Origin: an uncultured bacterium
GTDB lineage: Bacteria > Oederibacteriota > PGYV01 > CAWJRG01
Direction: 5' to 3'
NCBI GenBank assembly: GCA_963845185.1
Contig: CAWJRG010000010.1
Span: forward strand, 800,001 to 864,000
Length of the DNA: 64,000 nt
Position 1 is the first letter of the stretch, and each line of letters starts with the position of its first letter. A program made the position numbers and the translations under genes. The notes under the pieces were generated by a model. It was not told the origin of the DNA. It saw nothing but the letters and a program-made list of their open reading frames with translations, and did not search any database. Of the stretch, positions 20,402 through 29,840 are shown in pieces.

Positions 20402-21559
20402 TTAAAATCTCCCGTAAACAAGTCCCTTGCCCACGTGTTTTTTTAAAAAATTCAATATATCCCTGTGTATTTTTATTTTTTCACCTTTATAATATTTGGA
20501 GCCCGGGAAAGCAATTAGTTTATGCGCGTGTATTTTTATGCCCTGCGCGACAAACCGTTCCATCATTTTCAATGTAGTGTCAATATCCTCCTGGTTTTCA
20601 AAAGGGAACCCGAAAATAAAATCAACATTTGTCTTAAACCCGCTTTTTCTGGCGAGCGAGACCGCTTTTTCAACATCAGCGCTTGTATGCTGCCTGCCTG
20701 TCAGCTTTAAAATCCTGTCTGAACCGGATTGCGCGCCTATTATTATATTGTCGTTGTTGCAGTATTTTCTCAGCAGCAGAATGGTGTCTTCATTTACAAA
20801 TTCCGGCCTGATTTCTGAAGGGAACGAGCCGAGATAAAGCTTTCCCCTGGTTTTTAATGTTTTATTCAGGGTTTTTACAAGGTTTTCAAGAGCTTGATAA
20901 TTTATCGTTTTGCCATCTGGCGAGCCGTATGAGAGTGCGTTTGGCGAGATAAACCTGATGTCGTTAAGCTTGTATTTAAGCATGAACTCAACGTGTCTTA
21001 CTATATCCTCAATGCTGCGGTGCCGCGGCTTTGTTCCGGCGAGTTTTGATGTCTGGCAAAAAGAACAGGCAAAAGGGCATCCCCGCGTTATTTCTATGTA
21101 TAATATCATATTCGGATTTTTAAAAGGGAACGCCGGGTATTTGTTCAGGTCAACAGGGATTCCTTTAATGACACGGGAGACAATATCCGCTGCAGAGTCA
21201 AGGTTTTTGATTAATGCCGGCAATGATTCTTCGCCTTCGCCGCAGATAATATAATCGGCTTTATTGTTAAGGCAGTCCTGCGGGTCGCACGATGCATGCG
21301 GTCCGCCTGCGATTATAACGGCATTATTGAAATTATTTTTGATTTTTTTTATTTCGGAAAATGCTTTTTCTTTTCCTTTGGTTGAAAAAGAATAAATAAA
21401 AACCGGATTTTCATGATTAACCAGCTCCCTGATTTTTTCCACGGAAAACTCATTTAATATGGCGGTTTTTTTATCGTCAAAATATTTGTCTGTTTCAAGC
21501 GCACCCATCAGGGCTGAAATGCTGCTTTTATTGTATTTTGTTAGGCGGTAAATTATCAT
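20402..21559 (-). CDS. B12-binding-domain radical SAM protein (TIGR04013-like)
   Basis: AGGPHAS, GEGE, EITRGCPFACSFC, SPNALSYG, GSFPSEIRPE. Confidence 0.88.
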   Translation of the reverse strand: MIIYRLTKYNKSSISALMGALETDKYFDDKKTAILNEFSVEKIRELVNHENPVFIYSFSTKGKEKAFSEIKKIKNNFNNAVIIAGGPHASCDPQDCLNNKADYIICGEGEESLPALIKNLDSAADIVSRVIKGIPVDLNKYPAFPFKNPNMILYIEITRGCPFACSFCQTSKLAGTKPRHRSIEDIVRHVEFMLKYKLNDIRFISPNALSYGSPDGKTINYQALENLVKTLNKTLKTRGKLYLGSFPSEIRPEFVNEDTILLLRKYCNNDNIIIGAQSGSDRILKLTGRQHTSADVEKAVSLARKSGFKTNVDFIFGFPFENQEDIDTTLKMMERFVAQGIKIHAHKLIAFPGSKYYKGEKIKIHRDILNFLKKHVGKGLVYGRF

Positions 21560-21606
21560 GGTAAATTCATTATATCCCAGGCGCTTTATATTTAGCAAGT
21601 CAGAAA

Positions 21607-21743
21607 AAAGTTGGTTATAATCCCTCTCCCTTGACGGGAGAGGGTAGGGTGAGGGTGAAGTAGCGGCAAAAGAGCATTAACACATGAGTGGACAGTTGCT
21701 ACGTCACCCCCATCCCAGCCTTACCCCGTTGAGGGGTAAAGGA
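21607..21743. repeat. Inverted pair of CCCTCTCCC-type REP-like palindromes (copy 1)
   Basis: CCCTCTCCCTTGACGGGAGAGGG..GGGTGAGGGTG followed by an inverted counterpart; similar element at 41081-41276. Confidence 0.75.
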
Positions 21744-21841
21744 TATTGTTAAAACCGATGTGGAAACTGCATGTTAGTAATAAACTCGATTTTTGCTTGT
21801 TTTTGAAGTATAATAATTCAAAATTCCATGAAAGGAGAAAA

Positions 21842-22609
21842 ATGCAGAACAACGATATTTCAATGTGGAAAAAAACATACAACGTGCACGTTTATGAATC
21901 CGACCAGAGGGCAAGGGCAAAACTGACATCCCTGTGCAATTATTTTCAGAACAGCGCTTGGGAGCATTACAATGCCATTAACATGCAGCGGGGCCCGTTT
22001 TTGACTATAAAGCAGATATGGCTCATGACAAGGATGGAAATAGAGTTCAGCAGGTTCCCGCAATGGGACGAGGATATAGAAGCTGTCACCTGGTCCCGCG
22101 GCATTGACAGGATGCTTGCTTTCAGGGATTTTAAAATGATAGGAGAGAAAGGCGATGAGATAGCGCGGGGCACGACAACATGGGTGGTGATTGACATAGA
22201 GACAGGGAAAATACAGCGTCTGGATGAAATGTCGAAAAAATGGCCGTCTTTGCCCGATAACAAAGCAATAGGGAAGTCTGCGGACAAGATTGAAACCCTG
22301 CAAAAACCGGTATATGGCACGGCATTTAAGGCAAAATACAGCGACCTTGACGTCAATATGCATGTAAACAACGTAAAGTATATTGAGTGGGCCCTTGACT
22401 CTTATCCGCTGGAAATAATTGATACAAGGGAAATTAAAAGAATACAGGTTAATTTCGAGGGTGAAACAAAACTGGGCGATGAAGTGGCAGTAGGCTCAGA
22501 AAAAATTTCTGACACCCCGCTTATATTTTTAAATAATGTCGTCAGGAAAAAAGATGATAAAGAAGTTTGCAGGATAAAAATAGAGTGGGGTGAAACGCTT
22601 GTCAAATAA
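21842..22609 (+). CDS. Acyl-ACP thioesterase (FatA/B-like)
   Basis: YESD, PQWDE, YSDLDVNMHVNNVKYIEW. Confidence 0.9.
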   Translation: MQNNDISMWKKTYNVHVYESDQRARAKLTSLCNYFQNSAWEHYNAINMQRGPFLTIKQIWLMTRMEIEFSRFPQWDEDIEAVTWSRGIDRMLAFRDFKMIGEKGDEIARGTTTWVVIDIETGKIQRLDEMSKKWPSLPDNKAIGKSADKIETLQKPVYGTAFKAKYSDLDVNMHVNNVKYIEWALDSYPLEIIDTREIKRIQVNFEGETKLGDEVAVGSEKISDTPLIFLNNVVRKKDDKEVCRIKIEWGETLVK

Positions 22610-22754
22610 GAATTTATATTGATCATTTGTATTTTTTATCCTTTGTTTTGATGGTAATAGCCAAAAACTACAAAAACAGATACAAAAAGAATTGACAAAA
22701 AAATAAAAGGCAGGTATAATTGTCAAGTATCAATAATTTAAGAGGAGGGAACAT

Positions 22755-25067
22755 ATGAAAAATAGCCTTTTAATATTTTTGGTTCTATTTATCGTCATTT
22801 TAATAAGCATTTGCGGATGCAAAAAGCTCAAACCACCTACGTTTCCTGCTGCGGCTTTGGCCACTAGCACGCCAAATATAGCAGCAACAATGCAGGCGCA
22901 GGCAACACAAACCGCAATTTACCTTGAGACAGCGGGCATTTCTGCCCAGCAATCAGCAACAGCCCAAGCGCAGCAAACAGCAACAACACAGGCGCAGGCA
23001 ACACAAACCGCAATCTACCTTGAGACAGCAGGATTTTCTGCGCAGCAATCAGCAACAGCTCAGGCACAGCAGACAACAACTGCCCAGGCTCAGCAGACAT
23101 TAACAGCGCAGGCGCAAGAGACAGCAACTGTTCAGGTGCAGCAGACAGCAACAGCCCAGGCGCAGCAAACATTAACAGCCCAGGCGCAGCAAACATTAAC
23201 AGCCCAGGCGCAACAGACAGAAATAGCCCAGGCGCAGCAGACATTAACAGCTCAGGTACAGCAGACAGCAACAGCCCAGGCACAGCAAACGGCAATTGCC
23301 ATGGCGCAAGAGACAGCAACAGCCCAGGCACAAGAGACAGTGACAGCCCAGGCACAGCAGACAGCCCAGGCACAGGTACAGGCAACTGCGCAGGCACAGG
23401 CAACACAAACCGCGGCTGCATTGCAGACAGCCGGGTTGTCAGCGCAGGAGACTGCGACAGCAGAGGCAGCGGCAACGGCAACAGCTGTGGAGCAGATGGC
23501 CACCTTGGTTGCGGCGGCTCAAAAGACAGCGGATGCGGAACTGACGGCCACGGCAATAGCAATAGCCACTTTTGGCACGGCTACATATACGCCGAATGCC
23601 ACGGAAACGGCAGCGGCGCAGATTGCGACAGCTGAAGCGGCAATTACACTCACATATCTCGCTACAGCGGGCCAGACTGCCCAGGTAGCGGCGACAGAGA
23701 CCGCGACAGCCGCAAATGCAAACGCTACAGCAACCGCCGCGGCTGTTAATACAGCGGAAGCTATGAGAACAGTCGTTACAATATCGCCGTCAAATACTCC
23801 GACTATAAATCTTACTCCAAGCCTCACTCCAACCCTGACTCTTACCCCTACAGCGGGTATTCCGCCTGCGCCTTATACAATATATGCTTATGTATCGTTT
23901 TATGACTTTGACTCCTACGGGACTAATGTATACGGAACTGTTTATATGTATGACGCAAACTATAATACGGTACAAAAAGTAAGCGCAACATTAAAAGATA
24001 TTACAAAAGCATCCCAGGTCAGTTTAACCAATAACGGCAGCGGCTATTGCTACGCCTATTATTATGATGCCAATCCGTCAGGCGACACGTTTGAAGTGGA
24101 TGTTTATTTTAACGGGGTAACTTATACATCACAGGCAGCTATGCCGGCGATCCCCCAGTTGAGTGCAGACGGCAACACGGTTTCATGGCAGTCCGGCATT
24201 ACCAGCGGCAATGTGTATGTTGACGATCCGGCAGGGAATCAGACCCTTGGGCAGAGCATTTCCGGCACCAGCATGGATATCTCTTCGGCTTACACGCCCG
24301 GAGTTTACGGGGAATACTATGTAGGAGTAAATTTATCAAACGCAGGGACATTTACAGGAGGCGCATCGGCATCCAGCAGTTTCAGCGTCAAACACAACAC
24401 AGCCTGGGACGTGGATGTAACATCGGGATCCATAACTGTCATGCCCACGTCCACGCCTGCACCGACAGTCACCGGTATAACAATAGAGGCGATTATAATG
24501 GAAAATGACCTGGAGGGAGGCCTGTCTGCCCAGGACATGGTATATATTATGGACGCAAGTTACAACCCTATAACAGACGCCGGTGTAATAATAAAGGACC
24601 TTACAAAATCCTCGCAGACTACGGTATATTACAATGCAACAAATAATTATTACCAAGTTATTGGGGCTGATTATACAGCCGGAGATACATATGAAGTGGA
24701 TGTGTGCGTGAGCGGAATAACTTATACTGCACAAGCTTCTGCGCCAAGTATCGCAAGCGGGAATTTAAGCACGGACGCCAATACGGTTTCGTGGACTAGC
24801 AACGGAAACTATAATGAGGTAGATGTTGACGACTCAAGCGGCAACCAATTATTTTATCAAACTAACCTGCCTGGAAACAGCGTGGATATTTCATCATATG
24901 ACGCTGCAGTAGGGGATTATTCAGTAAACCTCTGGCTGGGCAATGCATATAGCAATAATTCATCGTTTAGTGGATTAGCCTACGATTCGGCTGTATTTGC
25001 CGGAGTGGGTATGGGCGTGATAGGCATTATATATGAAGCCAGCTGGGATGTGTCTGTCACTTACTAA
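22755..25067 (+). CDS. Large surface lipoprotein with Ala/Gln/Thr repeat stalk and two tandem beta-rich modules
   Basis: Lipobox ICGC; AQQTATAQ repeats; TPT linker; duplicated ~190-aa module. Confidence 0.75.
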   Translation: MKNSLLIFLVLFIVILISICGCKKLKPPTFPAAALATSTPNIAATMQAQATQTAIYLETAGISAQQSATAQAQQTATTQAQATQTAIYLETAGFSAQQSATAQAQQTTTAQAQQTLTAQAQETATVQVQQTATAQAQQTLTAQAQQTLTAQAQQTEIAQAQQTLTAQVQQTATAQAQQTAIAMAQETATAQAQETVTAQAQQTAQAQVQATAQAQATQTAAALQTAGLSAQETATAEAAATATAVEQMATLVAAAQKTADAELTATAIAIATFGTATYTPNATETAAAQIATAEAAITLTYLATAGQTAQVAATETATAANANATATAAAVNTAEAMRTVVTISPSNTPTINLTPSLTPTLTLTPTAGIPPAPYTIYAYVSFYDFDSYGTNVYGTVYMYDANYNTVQKVSATLKDITKASQVSLTNNGSGYCYAYYYDANPSGDTFEVDVYFNGVTYTSQAAMPAIPQLSADGNTVSWQSGITSGNVYVDDPAGNQTLGQSISGTSMDISSAYTPGVYGEYYVGVNLSNAGTFTGGASASSSFSVKHNTAWDVDVTSGSITVMPTSTPAPTVTGITIEAIIMENDLEGGLSAQDMVYIMDASYNPITDAGVIIKDLTKSSQTTVYYNATNNYYQVIGADYTAGDTYEVDVCVSGITYTAQASAPSIASGNLSTDANTVSWTSNGNYNEVDVDDSSGNQLFYQTNLPGNSVDISSYDAAVGDYSVNLWLGNAYSNNSSFSGLAYDSAVFAGVGMGVIGIIYEASWDVSVTY
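22893..23420 (+). repeat. Coding tandem repeats: two 96-bp units then ~24-bp units
   Basis: CAGGCGCAGGCAACACAAACCGCAAT at ~22893 and ~22989; repeated GCCCAGGCGCAGCAAACATTAACA-like units. Confidence 0.85.
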
Positions 25068-25085
25068 TCCTATATTTTAAAAGCC

Positions 25086-26174
25086 TTAGAAAGGTAAATC
25101 AAGCTGGTTTTTATCCTCTGTTTTTACAGGCAAAGGCGGGCTTTCGTTGAAATTATGCATTGAGACGCCGAGCAGCCTGATTTTCTTTTTCCCTGCATCG
25201 GTTTTTAAGAGAAGTTTTTCAATATATCCCATTATTGTCGCGCCTGACTGCACGGGCTTTTCCACGGTTATGCTCCTTGTTATCTGCTGGAAGTCAAAAT
25301 ATTTTATTTTCAGGGTTATTGTTTTTCCTTTTTTATCGGTTTCCTTTAAAAGCTTTTCCACCTCAAAGCACAATTCTTCGAGTATTTCCCTGATTTTTTC
25401 CGTGTTGGTTATGTCCTCTGGCAGGGTTGTTTCCCTGCCTATTGATTTCCTTTCCCAGTTCGGCTCGACAGGCGAGTCGTCAATGCCGCGCGCTAAATTA
25501 TAAAACCACTCGCCTGATTTGCCGAAGTGTTCTGTAAGTTCTTCCATGGATTTTTTCTTTAAATCCAGCCCAGTCCTAACGCCTATCTTATGCATTTCTT
25601 TTTCAGTGACCTTGCCCACGCCGTGAAAGCTTCCTATTGCCAGCTTGGAAATGAATACGTCGGCATCTTTGGGCGCGACCACGGTCAGGCCGTCCGGCTT
25701 TTTAAATCCTGACGCGATTTTTGCCAGGAACTTATTGTATGAAACGCCTGCAGAGGCAGTGAGCCGTGTTTTTTCATATATTTTTTGTTTTATCTGTTTT
25801 GCTATTTCAGTGGCGGATGATATTCCTTTTTCATTTTCCGTGACGTCAAGATAAGCTTCGTCGAGCGAGGCAGGCTCAACAAGGCCGGTGTATTCATGGA
25901 AGATTTCATTTATCTGGTTGGAAACTTCTTCATATTTGTCAAAATTCGGATGCACAAGGATTGCCTGAGGGCATAGTTGCATGGCCTTTGCAGAGGACAT
26001 GGCAGAGCGCACGCCGAACTTACGCGCCGCATAAGAGCATGCAGCTACTACGCCGCGCTCTTTTATTGTGCCGCCGACAATTACGGGCTTTCCTCGCAAT
26101 GCAGGGTCATCCCTCTGCTCTACTGACGCGTAAAACGCGTCCATATCTATGTGGATGATTTTTCTTGGTTTCAT
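25086..26174 (-). CDS. dinB: DNA polymerase IV
   Basis: IHIDMDAFYASVEQ, SYAARKFGVRSAM, SLDEAYLD, KPDGL, IRLLGV. Confidence 0.96.
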   Translation of the reverse strand: MKPRKIIHIDMDAFYASVEQRDDPALRGKPVIVGGTIKERGVVAACSYAARKFGVRSAMSSAKAMQLCPQAILVHPNFDKYEEVSNQINEIFHEYTGLVEPASLDEAYLDVTENEKGISSATEIAKQIKQKIYEKTRLTASAGVSYNKFLAKIASGFKKPDGLTVVAPKDADVFISKLAIGSFHGVGKVTEKEMHKIGVRTGLDLKKKSMEELTEHFGKSGEWFYNLARGIDDSPVEPNWERKSIGRETTLPEDITNTEKIREILEELCFEVEKLLKETDKKGKTITLKIKYFDFQQITRSITVEKPVQSGATIMGYIEKLLLKTDAGKKKIRLLGVSMHNFNESPPLPVKTEDKNQLDLPF

Positions 26175-26219
26175 GGTAAAATAAGTATACAATTTCATTT
26201 TTTGAAAAGGAAGAAAATT

Positions 26220-27554
26220 ATGAAAAGGATTTTGCTCATCAACCCGTGGATTTACGATTTCAAGAGCCATGATTTCTGGATAAAGCCTTTCGGGCTATTA
26301 AGGATAGCGTCGCTGCTCAAAGACAAGGGATTTAAAGTTGACTTGATTGACTGCATGGACAGGCAGGACGAGAGCATTCCTGATGAGTTCAGGCAGAGCG
26401 ATGAATACGGCAAGGGCAGGTTTTATAGCGAAATTATAGCGGAAAAGCCGAAACCATATAATAAGGTCCCGAGAAATTATAAAAGATACGGCATTACTCC
26501 TGATGCCTTCAACAAAAAACTTGAAAAGCTGGAAAAGCCAGATTTGGTTCTTGTGACTTCGAGCATGACTTATACTTATGAAGGCGTATACCATGCCATA
26601 AGCCTGCTGAAAGAAAATTTTTCCGGCGTCCATATAATACTCGGCGGGATTTACGCAACCCTATGTTTTGACCACGCCAGGGAAAAGTCAGGCGCCAACA
26701 CAGTATGGAAAGGCGACATAAATAATTATTTTTTAATGTCGCTGAACAGACTCACAGGAGTGTCGTTTGACCCCATGGAAGAAAATGATTTTAACGAGTT
26801 TATCCCTGATTATTCGTTTTATCCGCATACGCCGTATGTTGTCATGCGTCTCACAAAAGGCTGCCCTTACACCTGCACGTACTGCGCCATAAAGGAACTT
26901 TGCGAGGGGTTTTACCAGCGCAAGCCCGGAAATATACTGAAGGAATTCGAGTCGTACCATAACCGCGGCATTAAAAATATAGCGTTTTACGACGACGCCT
27001 TATTTTACAAGAACCATTTCATAAAACAGATTTTGCGGGAGCTGGTTAGCAGGAAATACGGTTTTAACCTGCACACGCCAAACGGCCTGCATGCCGCCTA
27101 CATTGACGGCGAGCTCGCTGTGCTCATGAAACAGGCGGGCTTTGTGGATGTGCGGGTCTCGCTCGAGACAAGCGATTACAGCATGCAGAAAACAACCGGC
27201 GGCAAAGTGTCAAATGATTTGTTTGAGCAGGCAATAAAAAATTTACGGGACGCAGGCTATAAAGATGACGATATAGGGATTTACCTGCTCGCCGGCATGC
27301 CCGGGCAGGACCTGGACTCAATATTAAAAGACGTTGATTACGTGAAACAATTTGATTTAAAGGTAAAAATAGCCAATTATTCGCCAATGACTGCAACGGC
27401 GGATTTTGCGAAATTCAGGTCCGACGTAAAGGCCGGCCTCCAGAAAGAGCCTCTCATGCAGAATGAGTTTTACTTCTTATCAATCAACACCGATTTTAAC
27501 TGGAAAATGTACCAGCAGGTAAAAGAGGAAATACAGGATAAAGACGAGGATTGA
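26220..27554 (+). CDS. B12-binding-domain radical SAM protein
   Basis: LLINPW.DF, GGIYATL, KGCPYTCTYC, FYDDA, TPNGL. Confidence 0.88.
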   Translation: MKRILLINPWIYDFKSHDFWIKPFGLLRIASLLKDKGFKVDLIDCMDRQDESIPDEFRQSDEYGKGRFYSEIIAEKPKPYNKVPRNYKRYGITPDAFNKKLEKLEKPDLVLVTSSMTYTYEGVYHAISLLKENFSGVHIILGGIYATLCFDHAREKSGANTVWKGDINNYFLMSLNRLTGVSFDPMEENDFNEFIPDYSFYPHTPYVVMRLTKGCPYTCTYCAIKELCEGFYQRKPGNILKEFESYHNRGIKNIAFYDDALFYKNHFIKQILRELVSRKYGFNLHTPNGLHAAYIDGELAVLMKQAGFVDVRVSLETSDYSMQKTTGGKVSNDLFEQAIKNLRDAGYKDDDIGIYLLAGMPGQDLDSILKDVDYVKQFDLKVKIANYSPMTATADFAKFRSDVKAGLQKEPLMQNEFYFLSINTDFNWKMYQQVKEEIQDKDED

Positions 27555-27707
27555 ATATTTAGCTATATTTATAAAGCTTTTTTCAACAAAATCAACTTTT
27601 CTGCAACTATTTGCATAAAAGTATTGACTTTTTTGCAAAGCAATGAACAAAAGTTGAGTGCAAACCCTATTAATGTGGCATACCAAGCCATGCCTCAAAT
27701 ACAATTC

Positions 27708-27761
27708 TTGACAATTAAATGATTTTTAGCTATAATATATTTAGTTTTGGTAATTACCAAA
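27708..27761 (+). promoter_or_regulatory. Consensus sigma70 promoter plus palindromic operator of abiE module 1
   Basis: TTGACA(27708)-17-TATAAT(27731); perfect 16-bp palindrome TTTGGTAATTACCAAA at 27746-27761. Confidence 0.8.
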
Positions 27762-27787
27762 TTATGGCAATAGAAGGAACTAAAAAA

Positions 27788-28576
27788 ATGGATAAAAAAG
27801 ACATGGGCTATAAAAGTATTTCAAAAGATGAGCTTGAGCTTATTTCCCGGGCTGAATTTACAGGGGAAAAGGTACTGACCGGAGAGTACGCGGCCACGGT
27901 ATTCGGTGATAAGAAAAAGGCAGCCAAAACACTTTATCGCCTCGCTAAAAAAGGCCGCCTGATACAGATACAGCGCGGCAAGTATTTTATTGTGCCTATA
28001 CGGGCGCCTAAACAGCTCTGGATGCCGAATGAATTTATAGCCGCCAAATACTGGATGGAAGGGACGCCTTATTACATAGGATATTTTACCATGTACAATT
28101 ACTGGGGTTTCACCGAGCAGATTCCGCAGATACTTTTTGTTTTAAACACCGCGAAGTCTTTGGAAAAAACAATAGGAGTGTTAAGGTTCAAAGCTGTTAA
28201 AATAAGCCAGGACAAGTACTACGGCATACAGGAGCTGGAAATTGACGGTGAAAAAGTAAATATCAGCGATAAAGAGCGTACACTTGTAGATTTTGTTTAT
28301 AACCCGCTTGGTTCATTTGACAATCTTAAAGAAGTGCTTATATCAAACGCGCCGGATATAGACATGGAAAAATTCGCGGAATATCTTATTAAATACCCTG
28401 AAATAGCGGTGCGTAAACGGGCGGGATATATACTGGAAAAAGCGGGAGCAGAATCCCGGTTCATGAAAAAAATAAAAAAGACGTTTGACCCGGACGCGTC
28501 AAAGGTTGTTTTAAATCCGTTCAATAAATCAGGAAAAGGAAAAACAGACAGGAATTGGGGGTTAATCATAAATTAA
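27788..28576 (+). CDS. Type IV TA antitoxin / transcriptional regulator, AbiEi family
   Basis: wHTH LYRLAKKG..RGKY, YYIGY, EQIP, SDKERTLVD, KRAGYILE, W.LIIN. Confidence 0.85.
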   Translation: MDKKDMGYKSISKDELELISRAEFTGEKVLTGEYAATVFGDKKKAAKTLYRLAKKGRLIQIQRGKYFIVPIRAPKQLWMPNEFIAAKYWMEGTPYYIGYFTMYNYWGFTEQIPQILFVLNTAKSLEKTIGVLRFKAVKISQDKYYGIQELEIDGEKVNISDKERTLVDFVYNPLGSFDNLKEVLISNAPDIDMEKFAEYLIKYPEIAVRKRAGYILEKAGAESRFMKKIKKTFDPDASKVVLNPFNKSGKGKTDRNWGLIIN

Positions 28577-29441
28577 AAGGATTGAAGGGGAAAGTTTAAA
28601 AGAATTATGCGGCGCGCTTGCCGGGCAGCACGGGTTCAGGCCGGCAGTCATTGAGAAGGATTATTACCTGACCATGTTGCTGAGTCATATAGGGGAAATA
28701 GCGGGCAACAGCCTGGTTCTTAAAGGCGGTACACTGCTTAACAAAATGTACCTAAACTATTACAGGATGAGCGAAGACCTGGATTTTTCTTATGCCGGCA
28801 AAGAAGATATTGATTCAAGAGGCAAAAGGTCAAAAGCCATGGCTCCGCTTAAAAAGGAAATGGCTGATTTTTTAGTCGGCCTCGGCATGCGGCTGGAACA
28901 ACAGGAAAGCAGGGGCTTTAACAACTCGACCCAGTATGTTTTCGTGGCGCTGTATGATTCAGTATTCATCGGTAAAAATGAGAAAATTAAAATCGAAATA
29001 TCATTAAGGGCGCGTGTGTATGATACGCCCGTACTGATGGAAGTAAAACATTTTTACAAGGATATATTTACCGGCGAGGACCTGATACCCGGCGGCAAAG
29101 TGCTGTCGCTCTCGTACAACGAAGCTGTTGCCGAAAAACTTAAGGCGTCCATAACAAGGCAAAACCCGGCTATAAGGGATTTTTATGATTTGAAACATAT
29201 TTATGATGCTGGTTTTGACTTTGGGAATGACTCATTTATCAGGTTATTTCAAATTAAGTTAAGCGATGAAAAATATTCCGGTAATTACACGGTTAATTTT
29301 GGTATGGATGATGGTGAAATAGAGCTTTTGAGAAAGCAGATAGAAGTGGATTTGAAACCTGTGATACGGAATGAAGAAGATTTTAATCTTGATGCTGTTT
29401 TTAAGACATTCAATCCGATCTTGAGCGGTTTGACAAAATAA
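28572..29441 (+). CDS. Type IV TA toxin, AbiEii/AbiGii nucleotidyltransferase (expected ATG reads ATT)
   Basis: IEKDYYLT, LKGGTLLNK, RMSEDLDF, AEKL, RDFYDL; conserved N-terminus extends upstream of the first ATG (28674) to ATT 28572. Confidence 0.8.
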   Translation: MKRIEGESLKELCGALAGQHGFRPAVIEKDYYLTMLLSHIGEIAGNSLVLKGGTLLNKMYLNYYRMSEDLDFSYAGKEDIDSRGKRSKAMAPLKKEMADFLVGLGMRLEQQESRGFNNSTQYVFVALYDSVFIGKNEKIKIEISLRARVYDTPVLMEVKHFYKDIFTGEDLIPGGKVLSLSYNEAVAEKLKASITRQNPAIRDFYDLKHIYDAGFDFGNDSFIRLFQIKLSDEKYSGNYTVNFGMDDGEIELLRKQIEVDLKPVIRNEEDFNLDAVFKTFNPILSGLTK

Positions 29442-29465
29442 ACGCTATCTTAACAGGAGTGAATA

Positions 29466-29618
29466 GACTTTGTAAAATTCAGGCCGGACATAAAAGCAGC
29501 GCTTCAAACAGAACCACTCACACAGAATGAGTTTTATTTTCTTTCAATCAATACCGATTTTAACTGGAAAATGTACCAGCAGGTAAAAGAGGAAATACAG
29601 GAGGAAGACGAGGAGTGA
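29466..29618 (+). pseudogene. Diverged duplicate of the last 153 bp of the radical SAM gene (27402..27554)
   Basis: DFVKFRPDIKAALQ...EEDEE* versus DFAKFRSDVKAGLQ...DKDED*; 50-bp identical core. Confidence 0.9.
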
Positions 29619-29664
29619 CCATACTTCCCCCTTTAATAAAGGGGGACAAAGGGGGATTTAAGTC

Positions 29665-29800
29665 ATGACGCAAATACAATTCTTGGCAGTTGAGTGATTT
29701 TCAGCTATAATATATTTAGTTTCGGTAATTATCAAATTATGAGAATAGAAGAAACTAAAAAATGGATAGAAAAGATAAGAGATATAAAGGTATTTCAAAA
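29665..29800 (+). repeat. Diverged duplicate of the abiE promoter/operator and first 13 antitoxin codons
   Basis: Aligns with 27690..27826; TTGGCA-17-TATAAT; MDRKDKRYKGISK versus MDKKDMGYKSISK. Confidence 0.85.
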
Positions 29801-29840
29801 AGGAGTATAATTAAGAAAACTAAGGACAAAGGAGACGGTT

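Noticed and set aside
22893..23420. CRISPR array
   Set aside because: Repeats are in-frame coding units without unique spacers; no cas genes in the window
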